Shown: one piece after another, positions 1-8,653 of the stretch
Layout: each line of letters starts with the position of its first letter
How positions within the stretch are numbered: position 1 is the stretch's first letter
Program-made: the position numbers and the translations under genes
Origin: a virus
Lineage: Duplodnaviria > Heunggongvirae > Uroviricota > Caudoviricetes
DNA length: 14,032 nucleotides
Strand: one strand, 5' to 3'
Virus record (IMG/VR): IMGVR_UViG_2671180724_000001
Notes under the pieces: model-generated
What the model was told of the DNA's origin: nothing
The model's database searches: none
The model's input: the letters and a program-made list of their open reading frames with translations, nothing else

Positions 1-1
1 C

Positions 2-682
2 AACGGCAAGGGTGATGCTTATGCAAACCCGTTGTCAGACGATGACTGGCAGCGACTGGCTAAGGTGAAGGATCTGACGCCGGGCGAGATGACCGCTGAG
101 TCCTATGACGACAGCTATCTCGATGATGAAGATGCAGACTGGACCGCGACCGGGCAGGGGCAGAAATCTGCCGGAGATACCAGCTTCACGCTGGCGTGGA
201 TGCCCGGAGAGCAGGGGCAGCAGGCGCTGCTGGCGTGGTTTAATGAAGGCGATACCCGTGCCTATAAAATCCGCTTCCCGAACGGCACGGTCGATGTGTT
301 CCGTGGCTGGGTCAGCAGTATCGGTAAGGCGGTGACGGCGAAGGAAGTGATCACCCGCACGGTGAAAGTCACCAATGTGGGACGTCCGTCGATGGCAGAA
401 GATCGCAGCACGGTAACAGCGGCAACCGGCATGACCGTGACGCCAGCCAGCGCTTCCGTAGTGAAAGGGAAGAGCACCACGCTGACCGTGGCCTTCCAGC
501 CGGAAGGCGCAACCGACAAGAGCTTCCGTGCGGTGTCAGCGGATAAAACAAAAGCCACCGTGTCGGTCAGTGGTATGACCATCACCGTGAATGGCGTTGC
601 TGCAGGTAAGGTCAACATTCCGGTCGTATCCGGTAATGGTGAGTTTGCTGCGGTTGCAGAAATCACCGTCACCGCCAGTTAA
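2..682 (+). CDS. V: Major tail tube protein V, C-terminal ~226 codons (5' end lies outside the window); C-terminal Ig-like domain
   Basis: Reading frame is open from position 2 and translates to [29 protein letters not shown]...AEITVTAS, which I recognise as lambda gpV. TAA stop at 680-682. The track ORF 32..682 is the same frame begun at an internal TTG. Confidence 0.9.
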   Translation, partial: NGKGDAYANPLSDDDWQRLAKVKDLTPGEMTAESYDDSYLDDEDADWTATGQGQKSAGDTSFTLAWMPGEQGQQALLAWFNEGDTRAYKIRFPNGTVDVFRGWVSSIGKAVTAKEVITRTVKVTNVGRPSMAEDRSTVTAATGMTVTPASASVVKGKSTTLTVAFQPEGATDKSFRAVSADKTKATVSVSGMTITVNGVAAGKVNIPVVSGNGEFAAVAEITVTAS

Positions 683-697
683 TCCGGAGAGTCAGAG

Positions 698-1120
698 ATG
701 TTCCTGAAAACCGAATCATTTGAACATAACGGTGTGACCGTCACGCTTTCTGAACTGTCAGCCCTGCAGCGTATTGAGCATCTCGCCCTGATGAAACGGC
801 AGGCAGAACAGGCGGAGTCAGACAGCAATCGGAAGTTTACTGTGGAAGACGCCATCAGAACCGGCGCGTTTCTGGTGGCGATGTCCCTGTGGCATAACCA
901 TCCGCAGAAGACGCAGATGCCGTCCATGAATGAAGCCGTTAAACAAATTGAGCAGGAAGTGCTTACCACCTGGCCCACGGAGGCAATTTCTCATGCTGAA
1001 AACGTGGTGTACCGGCTGTCCGGTATGTATGAGTTTGTGGTGAATAATGCCCCTGAACAGACAGAGGACGCCGGGCCTGCAGAGCCTGTTTCTGCGGGAA
1101 AGTGTTCGACGGTGAGCTGA
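698..1120 (+). CDS. G: Tail assembly chaperone G
   Basis: 140-aa ORF (MFLKTESFEHNGVTVTLSELSALQRIEHLALMKRQAEQ...) matching lambda gpG. GGAGAG Shine-Dalgarno 8 nt upstream of the ATG at 698. Sits directly after V as in lambda. Confidence 0.9.
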   Translation: MFLKTESFEHNGVTVTLSELSALQRIEHLALMKRQAEQAESDSNRKFTVEDAIRTGAFLVAMSLWHNHPQKTQMPSMNEAVKQIEQEVLTTWPTEAISHAENVVYRLSGMYEFVVNNAPEQTEDAGPAEPVSAGKCSTVS

Positions 1121-1536
1121 GTTTTGCCCTGAAACTGGCGCGTGAGATGGGGCGACCCGACTGGCGTGCCATGCTTGCCGGGATGTCATCCACGGAGTAT
1201 GCCGACTGGCACCGCTTTTACAGTACCCATTATTTTCATGATGTTCTGCTGGATATGCACTTTTCCGGGCTGACGTACACCGTGCTCAGCCTGTTTTTCA
1301 GCGATCCGGATATGCATCCGCTGGATTTCAGTCTGCTTAACCGGCGCGAGGCTGACGAAGAGCCTGAAGATGATGTGCTGATGCAGAAAGCGGCAGGGCT
1401 TGCCGGAGGTGTCCGCTTTGGCCCGGACGGGAATGAAGTTATCCCCGCTTCCCCGGATGTGGCGGACATGACGGAGGATGACGTAATGCTGATGACAGTA
1501 TCAGAAGGGATCGCAGGAGGAGTCCGGTATGGCTGA
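698..1536 (+). CDS. T: Tail assembly chaperone G-T fusion, made by -1 frameshift at 1096-1102
   Basis: The T frame (track ORF 1102..1536) has no convincing start or RBS of its own and begins exactly at the slippery site. Its TGA stop at 1534-1536 overlaps the H start at 1529. Confidence 0.8.
1096..1102 (+). other. Programmed -1 ribosomal frameshift slippery heptamer G GGA AAG (G to G-T)
   Basis: GGGAAAG lies in the G frame as G|GGA|AAG, six codons before the G stop. The -1 frame continues as VFDGELSFALKLAREMGRPDW... (gpT) through to 1536. Same heptamer and position as the lambda G/GT frameshift. Confidence 0.8.
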
Positions 1537-4090
1537 ACCGGTAGGCGATCTGGTCGTTGATTTAAGTCTGGATGCGGCCAGATTTGACGAGCAGATGGCC
1601 AGAGTCAGGCGTCATTTTTCCGGTACGGAAACTGATGCGAAAAAAACAGCGGCAGTCGTTGAACAGTCGCTGAGCCGACAGGCGCTGGCTGCACAGAAAG
1701 CGGGGATTTCCGTCGGGCAGTATAAAGCCGCCATGCGTATGCTGCCTGCACAGTTCACCGACGTGGCCACGCAGCTTGCAGGCGGGCAAAGCCCGTGGCT
1801 GATCCTGCTGCAACAGGGTGGTCAGGTTAAGGACTCCTTCGGCGGGATGATCCCCATGTTCCGGGGGCTTGCCGGTGCGATCACCCTGCCGATGGTCGGG
1901 GCCACCTCGCTGGCGGTGGCGACCGGTGCGCTGGCGTATGCCTGGTATCAGGGTAACTCAACCCTGTCCGATTTCAACAAAACGCTGGTCCTTTCCGGTA
2001 ATCAGTCGGGTCTGACGGCAGATCGTATGCTGGTCCTGTCCAGAGCCGGGCAGGCGGCAGGGCTGACGTTTAACCAGACCAGCGAGTCACTCAGTGCACT
2101 GGTTAAGGCGGGGGTAAGCGGTGAGGCTCAGATTGCGTCCATCAGCCAGAGTGTGGCGCGTTTCTCTTCTGCATCCGGTGTGGAGGTGGACAAGGTCGCT
2201 GAAGCCTTCGGGAAGCTGACCACTGACCCGACGTCGGGGCTGACGGCGATGGCGCGCCAGTTCCATAACGTGACGGCGGAGCAGATTGCGTATGTTGCTC
2301 AGTTGCAGCGTTCCGGCGATGAAGCCGGGGCATTGCAGGCGGCGAACGAAGCCGCAACGAAAGGGTTTGATGACCAGACCCGCCGCCTGAAAGAGAACAT
2401 GGGCACGCTGGAGACCTGGGCAGACAGGACAGCGCGGGCATTCAAATCCATGTGGGATGCGGTGCTGGATATTGGTCGTCCTGATACCGCGCAGGAGATG
2501 CTGATTAAGGCAGAGGCTGCGTTTAAGAAAGCAGACGACATCTGGAATCTGCGCAAGGATGACTATTTTGTTAACGATGAAGCGCGGGCGCGTTACTGGG
2601 ATGATCGTGAAAAGACCCGTCTTGCGCTTGAAGCCGCCCGAAAGAAGGCTGAGCAGCAGACTCAACAGGACAAAAATGCGCAGCAGCAGAGCGATACCGA
2701 AGCGTCACGGCTGAAATATACCGAAGAGGCGCAGAAGGCTTACGAACGGCTGCAGACGCCGCTGGAGAAATATACCGCCCGTCAGGAAGAACTGAACAAG
2801 GCACTGAAAGACGGGAAAATCCTGCAGGCGGATTACAACACGCTGATGGCGGCGGCGAAAAAGGATTATGAAGCGACGCTGAAAAAGCCGAAACAGTCCG
2901 GCGTGAAGGTGTCTGCGGGCGATCGTCAGGAAGACAGTGCTCATGCTGCCCTGCTGACGCTTCAGGCAGAACTCCGGACGCTGGAGAAGCATGCCGGAGC
3001 GAATGAGAAAATCAGCCAGCAGCGCCGGGATTTGTGGAAGGCGGAGAGTCAGTTCGCGGTACTGGAGGAGGCGGCGCAACGTCGCCAGCTGTCTGCACAG
3101 GAGAAATCCCTGCTGGCGCATAAAGATGAGACGCTGGAGTACAAACGCCAGCTGGCTGCACTTGGCGACAAGGTTACGTATCAGGAGCGCCTGAACGCGC
3201 TGGCGCAGCAGGCGGATAAATTCGCACAGCAGCAACGGGCAAAACGGGCCGCCATTGATGCGAAAAGCCGGGGGCTGACTGACCGGCAGGCAGAACGGGA
3301 AGCCACGGAACAGCGCCTGAAGGAACAGTATGGCGATAATCCGCTGGCGCTGAATAACGTCATGTCAGAGCAGAAAAAGACCTGGGCGGCTGAAGACCAG
3401 CTTCGCGGGAGCTGGATGGCAGGCCTGAAGTCCGGCTGGAGTGAGTGGGAAGAGAGCGCCACGGACAGTATGTCGCAGGTTAAAAGTGCAGCCACGCAGA
3501 CCTTTGATGGTATTGCACAAAATATGGCGGCGATGCTGACCGGCAGTGAGCAGAACTGGCGCAGCTTCACCCGTTCCGTGCTGTCCATGATGACAGAAAT
3601 TCTGCTTAAGCAGGCAATGGTGGGGATTGTCGGGAGTATCGGCAGCGCCATTGGCGGTGCTGCCAGTGGTGGAGCATCCGCGTCAGGCGGTACAGCCATT
3701 CAGGCCGCTGCGGCGAAATTCCATTTTGCAACCGGAGGATTTACGGGAACCGGCGGCAAATATGAGCCAGCGGGGATTGTTCACCGTGGTGAGTTTGTCT
3801 TCACGAAGGAGGCAACCAGCCGGATTGGCGTGGGGAATCTTTACCGGCTGATGCGCGGCTATGCCACCGGCGGTTATGTCGGTACACCGGGCAGCATGGC
3901 AGACAGCCGGTCGCAGGCGTCCGGGACGTTTGAGCAGAATAACCATGTGGTGATTAACAACGACGGCACGAACGGGCAGATAGGTCCGGCTGCTCTGAAG
4001 GCGGTGTATGACATGGCCCGCAAGGGTGCCCGTGATGAAATTCAGACACAGATGCGTGATGGTGGCCTGTTCTCCGGAGGTGGACGATGA
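1529..4090 (+). CDS. H: Tail tape measure protein H, full length (853 aa)
   Basis: 853-aa ORF, the same length as lambda gpH. Has the alpha-helical, Q/A/E/K/R-rich central region, a Gly-rich hydrophobic segment (GSIGSAIGGAASGGASASGG) and the C-terminal ...GGFTGTGGKYEPAGIVHRGEFVF... motif. Start overlaps the T stop. Confidence 0.95.
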   Translation: MAEPVGDLVVDLSLDAARFDEQMARVRRHFSGTETDAKKTAAVVEQSLSRQALAAQKAGISVGQYKAAMRMLPAQFTDVATQLAGGQSPWLILLQQGGQVKDSFGGMIPMFRGLAGAITLPMVGATSLAVATGALAYAWYQGNSTLSDFNKTLVLSGNQSGLTADRMLVLSRAGQAAGLTFNQTSESLSALVKAGVSGEAQIASISQSVARFSSASGVEVDKVAEAFGKLTTDPTSGLTAMARQFHNVTAEQIAYVAQLQRSGDEAGALQAANEAATKGFDDQTRRLKENMGTLETWADRTARAFKSMWDAVLDIGRPDTAQEMLIKAEAAFKKADDIWNLRKDDYFVNDEARARYWDDREKTRLALEAARKKAEQQTQQDKNAQQQSDTEASRLKYTEEAQKAYERLQTPLEKYTARQEELNKALKDGKILQADYNTLMAAAKKDYEATLKKPKQSGVKVSAGDRQEDSAHAALLTLQAELRTLEKHAGANEKISQQRRDLWKAESQFAVLEEAAQRRQLSAQEKSLLAHKDETLEYKRQLAALGDKVTYQERLNALAQQADKFAQQQRAKRAAIDAKSRGLTDRQAEREATEQRLKEQYGDNPLALNNVMSEQKKTWAAEDQLRGSWMAGLKSGWSEWEESATDSMSQVKSAATQTFDGIAQNMAAMLTGSEQNWRSFTRSVLSMMTEILLKQAMVGIVGSIGSAIGGAASGGASASGGTAIQAAAAKFHFATGGFTGTGGKYEPAGIVHRGEFVFTKEATSRIGVGNLYRLMRGYATGGYVGTPGSMADSRSQASGTFEQNNHVVINNDGTNGQIGPAALKAVYDMARKGARDEIQTQMRDGGLFSGGGR

Positions 4091-4577
4091 AGACCTTCCG
4101 CTGGAAAGTGAAACCCGGTATGGATGTGGCTTCGGTCCCTTCTGTAAGAAAGGTGCGCTTTGGTGATGGCTATTCTCAGCGAGCGCCTGCCGGGCTGAAT
4201 GCCAACCTGAAAACGTACAGCGTGACGCTTTCTGTCCCCCGTGAGGAGGCCACGGTACTGGAGTCGTTTCTGGAAGAGCACGGGGGCTGGAAATCCTTTC
4301 TGTGGACGCCGCCTTATGAGTGGCGGCAGATAAAGGTGACCTGCGCAAAATGGTCGTCGCGGGTCAGTATGTTGCGTGTTGAGTTCAGCGCAGAGTTTGA
4401 ACAGGTGGTGAACTGATGCAGGATATCCGGCAGGAAACACTGAATGAATGCACCCGTGCGGAGCAGTCGGCCAGCGTGGTGCTCTGGGAAATCGACCTGA
4501 CAGAGGTCGGTGGAGAACGTTATTTTTTCTGTAATGAGCAGAACGAAAAAGGTGAGCCGGTCACCTGGCAGGGGCGA
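1799..4577 (+). repeat. Tandem direct repeat, copy 1 (3' part of H, M, first 54 codons of L)
   Basis: Colinear with 4578..7367 by direct comparison of sequence and translations. The last 676 bp (3902-4577) are identical to 6692-7367; upstream is diverged. Confidence 0.85.
4087..4416 (+). CDS. M: Minor tail protein M (copy 1)
   Basis: 109-aa ORF (MKTFRWKVKPGMDVASVPSVRKVRFGDGYSQRAP...), the same length as lambda gpM. ATGA overlap with the H stop at 4087-4090. Confidence 0.9.
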   Translation: MKTFRWKVKPGMDVASVPSVRKVRFGDGYSQRAPAGLNANLKTYSVTLSVPREEATVLESFLEEHGGWKSFLWTPPYEWRQIKVTCAKWSSRVSMLRVEFSAEFEQVVN

Positions 4578-4580
4578 TGA
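4416..4580 (+). pseudogene. Truncated minor tail protein L fragment (first 54 codons, then stop) at the duplication junction
   Basis: Nucleotides 4416-4577 are identical to 7206-7367, the start of the intact L gene (MQDIRQETLNECTRAEQSASVVLWEIDLTEVGGERYFFCNEQNEKGEPVTWQGR). After codon 54 the sequence switches to H-derived sequence and the frame ends at TGA 4578-4580. Confidence 0.8.
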
Positions 4581-6880
4581 TCCTGCTGCAACAGGGCGGT
4601 CAGGTGAAGGACTCCTTCGGCGGGATGATCCCCATGTTCAGGGGGCTTGCCGGTGCGATCACCCTGCCGATGGTCGGGGTCACCTCGCTGGCGGTGGCGA
4701 CAGGTGCGCTGGCGTACGCCTGGTACCAGGGCGACGCCACGCTTTCAGAATTTAATAAAACGCTGGTCCTTTCCGGCAATCAGGCCGGACTGACTGCCGA
4801 TCGTATGCTGACGCTCTCAAGAGCCGGGCAGGCAGCAGGGCTGACGTTTAACCAGGCGAGAGAGTCACTGGCAGCCCTGGTGAATGCCGGTGTGCGTGGT
4901 GGTGAACAGTTTGATGCCATCAACCAGAGTGTCGCGCGTTTTGCGTCTGCATCCGGTGTGGAGGTGGATAAAGTCGCTGAAGCCTTCGGGAAGCTGACCA
5001 CTGACCCGACGTCGGGACTGATGGCGATGGCGCGCCAGTTCCGTAACGTGACGGCAGAGCAGATTGCGTATGTTGCACAGCTGCAGCGTTCCGGAGACGA
5101 GGCCGGGGCATTGCAGGCGGCGAACGATATCGCCACGAAAGGCTTTGATGAGCAGACCCGTCGCCTGAAAGAAAACATGGGAACACTGGAGACCTGGGCG
5201 GATAAAACAGGGAAGGCATTCAAATCGATGTGGGATGCCATTCTGGATATCGGTCGTCCGGAATCCTCAGCGGATATGCTCGCCAGTGCGCAGAAGGCAT
5301 TTGATGAGGCGGATAAAAAATGGCAGTGGTACCAGAGCCGGAGCCAGCGCCGGGGAAAGACCTCCTCTTTTCGTGCGAACCTTCAGGGGGCATGGGATGA
5401 CCGGGAAAATGCCCGTCTGGGTCTGGCAGCGGCCACGCTGCAGTCGGATATGGAAAAAGCCGGTGAACTGGCGGCAAGGGACAGGGCTGAGCGTGAGTCG
5501 TCACAGCTGAAGTATACCGGAGAGGCGCAGAAGGCGTATGAGCGCCTGCAGACGCCGCTGGATAAATATACCGCCCGTCAGAAAGAGCTGAATAAGGCCC
5601 TGAAAGACGGAAAAATCCTGCAGGCGGATTACAACACGCTGATGGCGTCGGCAAAAAAGGATTATGAATCGACGCTGAAAAAGCCGTCAGGTGTGAAGGT
5701 GTCTGCCGGTGAGCGCCAGGAAGACCGGGCGCATGCAGCCCTGCTGGCGCTTGAAACCGAGCTCAGGACGCTGGAAAAACACAGCGGTGTGAATGAGAAA
5801 ATCAGCCAGCAGCGCCGGGATTTATGGGAAGCGGAAAGTCAGTATGTGGTCCTGAAAGAGGCCGCCACGAAACGGCAGTTATCTGAGCAGGAAAAATCCC
5901 TGCTGGCTCATGAGAAAGAGACGCTGGAGTACAAACGCCAGCTGGCTGAGCTGGGAGACAAGATTGAACACCAGAAGCGGCTGAATGAGCTGGCACAGCA
6001 GGCGGCGCGGTTTGAACAGCAGCAAAGCGCGAAGCAGGCGGCAATCAGCGCAAAAGCCCGCGGCCTCACCGACCGTCAGGCGCAGCGGGAGTCGGAAGAG
6101 CAGCGCCTTCGTGAGGTGTACGGTGATAATCCGGCTGCGCTGGCGAAGGCCACATCGGCACTGAAGAACACCTGGTCTGCGGAGGAGCAGCTTCGTGGAA
6201 GCTGGATGGCCGGGATGAAGTCCGGCTGGGGAGAGTGGGCGGAAAGTGCGACGGACAGTTTTTCGCAGGTTAAAAGTGTGGCCACGCAGACCTTTGACGG
6301 TATTGCACAGAATATGGCGGCGATGCTGACCGGCAGCGAACAGAACTGGCGGGGATTCACCCGTTCCGTGCTGTCCATGATGACAGAAATTCTGCTTAAG
6401 CAGGCAATGGTGGGGATTGTCGGGAGTATCGGCAGCGCCATTGGCGGGGCTGTTGGTGGCGGCGCATCCGCGTCAGGCGGTACAGCCATTCAGGCCGCTG
6501 CGGCGAAATTCCATTTTGCAACCGGAGGATTTACGGGAACCGGCGGCAAATATGAGCCAGCGGGGATTGTTCACCGTGGTGAATTTGTCTTCACAAAGGA
6601 GGCAACCAGCCGGATTGGCGTGGGGAATCTCTACCGGCTGATGCGCGGCTATGCCACCGGTGGTTATGTCGGTACACCGGGCAGTCTGGCTGACAGCCGG
6701 TCGCAGGCGTCCGGGACGTTTGAGCAGAATAACCATGTGGTGATTAACAACGACGGCACGAACGGGCAGATAGGTCCGGCTGCTCTGAAGGCGGTGTATG
6801 ACATGGCCCGCAAGGGTGCCCGTGATGAAATTCAGACACAGATGCGTGATGGTGGCCTGTTCTCCGGAGGTGGACGATGA
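4577..6880 (+). CDS. Second tape-measure gene H' (767 aa): N-terminally truncated, diverged paralogue of H
   Basis: ORF begins MILLQQGGQVKDSFGGMIPMFRGLAGAITLPMVG..., which aligns to H from residue 91 onward (H has ...WLILLQQGGQVKDSF...). The ATG at 4577 is created at the junction, where H has CTG. The C-terminal ~220 aa are nearly identical to H; the middle is diverged. It is unproven whether this gene is expressed or functional. Confidence 0.7.
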   Translation: MILLQQGGQVKDSFGGMIPMFRGLAGAITLPMVGVTSLAVATGALAYAWYQGDATLSEFNKTLVLSGNQAGLTADRMLTLSRAGQAAGLTFNQARESLAALVNAGVRGGEQFDAINQSVARFASASGVEVDKVAEAFGKLTTDPTSGLMAMARQFRNVTAEQIAYVAQLQRSGDEAGALQAANDIATKGFDEQTRRLKENMGTLETWADKTGKAFKSMWDAILDIGRPESSADMLASAQKAFDEADKKWQWYQSRSQRRGKTSSFRANLQGAWDDRENARLGLAAATLQSDMEKAGELAARDRAERESSQLKYTGEAQKAYERLQTPLDKYTARQKELNKALKDGKILQADYNTLMASAKKDYESTLKKPSGVKVSAGERQEDRAHAALLALETELRTLEKHSGVNEKISQQRRDLWEAESQYVVLKEAATKRQLSEQEKSLLAHEKETLEYKRQLAELGDKIEHQKRLNELAQQAARFEQQQSAKQAAISAKARGLTDRQAQRESEEQRLREVYGDNPAALAKATSALKNTWSAEEQLRGSWMAGMKSGWGEWAESATDSFSQVKSVATQTFDGIAQNMAAMLTGSEQNWRGFTRSVLSMMTEILLKQAMVGIVGSIGSAIGGAVGGGASASGGTAIQAAAAKFHFATGGFTGTGGKYEPAGIVHRGEFVFTKEATSRIGVGNLYRLMRGYATGGYVGTPGSLADSRSQASGTFEQNNHVVINNDGTNGQIGPAALKAVYDMARKGARDEIQTQMRDGGLFSGGGR

Positions 6881-7367
6881 AGACCTTCCGCTGGAAAGTG
6901 AAACCCGGTATGGATGTGGCTTCGGTCCCTTCTGTAAGAAAGGTGCGCTTTGGTGATGGCTATTCTCAGCGAGCGCCTGCCGGGCTGAATGCCAACCTGA
7001 AAACGTACAGCGTGACGCTTTCTGTCCCCCGTGAGGAGGCCACGGTACTGGAGTCGTTTCTGGAAGAGCACGGGGGCTGGAAATCCTTTCTGTGGACGCC
7101 GCCTTATGAGTGGCGGCAGATAAAGGTGACCTGCGCAAAATGGTCGTCGCGGGTCAGTATGTTGCGTGTTGAGTTCAGCGCAGAGTTTGAACAGGTGGTG
7201 AACTGATGCAGGATATCCGGCAGGAAACACTGAATGAATGCACCCGTGCGGAGCAGTCGGCCAGCGTGGTGCTCTGGGAAATCGACCTGACAGAGGTCGG
7301 TGGAGAACGTTATTTTTTCTGTAATGAGCAGAACGAAAAAGGTGAGCCGGTCACCTGGCAGGGGCGA
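4578..7367 (+). repeat. Tandem direct repeat, copy 2 (H', M, start of the intact L)
   Basis: As copy 1. This copy is about 12 bp longer because of indels in the tape-measure central region. Confidence 0.85.
6877..7206 (+). CDS. M: Minor tail protein M (copy 2)
   Basis: 109-aa ORF with translation identical to copy 1 at 4087..4416; nucleotide sequence identical by eye. Confidence 0.9.
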   Translation: MKTFRWKVKPGMDVASVPSVRKVRFGDGYSQRAPAGLNANLKTYSVTLSVPREEATVLESFLEEHGGWKSFLWTPPYEWRQIKVTCAKWSSRVSMLRVEFSAEFEQVVN

Positions 7368-7904
7368 CAGTATCAGCCGTATCCCATTCAGGGGAGCGGT
7401 TTTGAACTGAATGGCAAAGGCACCAGTACGCGCCCCACGCTGACGGTTTCTAACCTGTACGGTATGGTCACCGGGATGGCGGAAGATCTGCAGAGTCTGG
7501 TCGGCGGAACGGTGGTCCGGCGTAAGGTTTACGCCCGTTTTCTGGATGCGGTGAACTTCGTCAACGGAAACAGTTACGCCGATCCGGAGCAGGAGGTGAT
7601 CAGCCGCTGGCGCATTGAGCAGTGCAGCGAACTGAGCGCGGTGAGTGCCTCCTTTGTACTGTCCACGCCGACGGAAACGGATGGCGCTGTTTTTCCGGGA
7701 CGTATCATGCTGGCCAACACCTGCACCTGGACCTATCGCGGTGACGAGTGCGGTTATAGCGGTCCGGCTGTCGCGGATGAATATGACCAGCCAACGTCCG
7801 ATATCACGAAGGATAAATGCAGCAAATGCCTGAGCGGTTGTAAGTTCCGCAATAACGTCGGCAACTTTGGCGGCTTCCTTTCCATTAACAAACTTTCGCA
7901 GTAA
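7206..7904 (+). CDS. L: Minor tail protein L
   Basis: 232-aa ORF, the same length as lambda gpL. Starts with an ATGA overlap on the M stop and contains the Cys cluster (CTWTYRGDECGY...CSKCLSGC) I associate with gpL. Confidence 0.9.
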   Translation: MQDIRQETLNECTRAEQSASVVLWEIDLTEVGGERYFFCNEQNEKGEPVTWQGRQYQPYPIQGSGFELNGKGTSTRPTLTVSNLYGMVTGMAEDLQSLVGGTVVRRKVYARFLDAVNFVNGNSYADPEQEVISRWRIEQCSELSAVSASFVLSTPTETDGAVFPGRIMLANTCTWTYRGDECGYSGPAVADEYDQPTSDITKDKCSKCLSGCKFRNNVGNFGGFLSINKLSQ

Positions 7905-7909
7905 ATCCC

Positions 7910-8653
7910 ATGACACAGACAGAATCAGCGATTCTGGCGCACGCCCGGCGATGTGCGCCAGCGGAGTCGTGCGGCTTCGTGGTAAGCACGCCGGAGGGGG
8001 AAAGATATTTTCCCTGCGTGAATATCTCCGGTGAGCCGGAGGCGTATTTCCGTATGTCGCCGGAAGACTGGCTGCAGGCAGAGATGCAGGGTGAGATTGT
8101 GGCGCTGGTCCACAGCCACCCCGGTGGTCTGCCCTGGCTGAGTGAGGCCGACCGGCGGCTGCAGGTGCAGAGTGATTTGCCGTGGTGGCTGGTCTGCCGG
8201 GGGACGATTCATAAGTTCCGCTGTGTGCCGCATCTCACCGGGCGGCGCTTTGAGCACGGGGTGACGGACTGTTACACACTGTTCCGGGATGCTTATCATC
8301 TGGCGGGGATTGAGATGCCGGACTTTCATCGTGAGGATGACTGGTGGCGTAACGGCCAGAATCTCTATCTGGATAATCTGGAGGCGACGGGGCTGTATCA
8401 GGTGCCGTTGTCAGCGGCACAGCCGGGCGATGTGCTGCTGTGCTGTTTTGGTTCATCAGTGCCGAATCACGCCGCCATTTACTGCGGCGACGGCGAGCTG
8501 CTGCACCATATTCCTGAACAACTGAGCAAACGAGAGAGGTATACAGACAAATGGCAGCGACGCACACACTCCCTCTGGCGTCACCGGGCATGGCGCGCAT
8601 CTGCCTTTACGGGGATTTACAACGATTTGGTCGCCGCATCGACCTTCGTGTGA
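7910..8653 (+). CDS. K: Tail tip assembly protein K, with JAMM/MPN metalloprotease-like motif and NlpC/P60-like Cys/His region
   Basis: ORF starts 6 nt after the L stop. Contains HSHPGGLPWLSEAD (H-x-H-x7-S-x2-D, a JAMM signature) and a downstream Cys...His region (GVTDCYTLF...NHAAIYCG). The exact in-vivo start and end are uncertain; the 3' end overlaps I. Confidence 0.85.
   Translation: MTQTESAILAHARRCAPAESCGFVVSTPEGERYFPCVNISGEPEAYFRMSPEDWLQAEMQGEIVALVHSHPGGLPWLSEADRRLQVQSDLPWWLVCRGTIHKFRCVPHLTGRRFEHGVTDCYTLFRDAYHLAGIEMPDFHREDDWWRNGQNLYLDNLEATGLYQVPLSAAQPGDVLLCCFGSSVPNHAAIYCGDGELLHHIPEQLSKRERYTDKWQRRTHSLWRHRAWRASAFTGIYNDLVAASTFV

Noticed and set aside
105-335. 76-aa + strand ORF in an alternative frame inside V
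   Set aside because: Completely nested in V in another frame, with an Arg/Gly-rich artefactual product.
4400-4600. Possible insertion sequence or transposon causing the duplication
   Set aside because: There are no terminal inverted repeats, no target-site duplication and no transposase-like ORF at or near the junction. It is a direct L-to-H join.
4510-4755. 81-aa + strand ORF spanning the duplication junction in a third frame
   Set aside because: An out-of-frame read through the L' and H' sequence with a Gly/Arg-rich artefactual product; both other frames here are explained by L' and H'.
2087-7138. Multiple minus-strand ORFs of 99-221 aa inside H and H' (for example 2705..3235, 3683..4348, 6473..7138), occurring in near-identical pairs
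   Set aside because: They are antisense to the tape-measure genes and appear twice only because the underlying DNA is duplicated. Their composition is that of antisense artefacts, not proteins.
1799-7367. Possible CRISPR array or other short-repeat locus suggested by the repeated sequence
   Set aside because: The repeat unit is ~2.8 kb of protein-coding sequence present twice, not short repeats with spacers.
7104-7916. 270-aa minus-strand ORF antisense to L
   Set aside because: Fully embedded opposite the well-supported L gene, with no independent signal.
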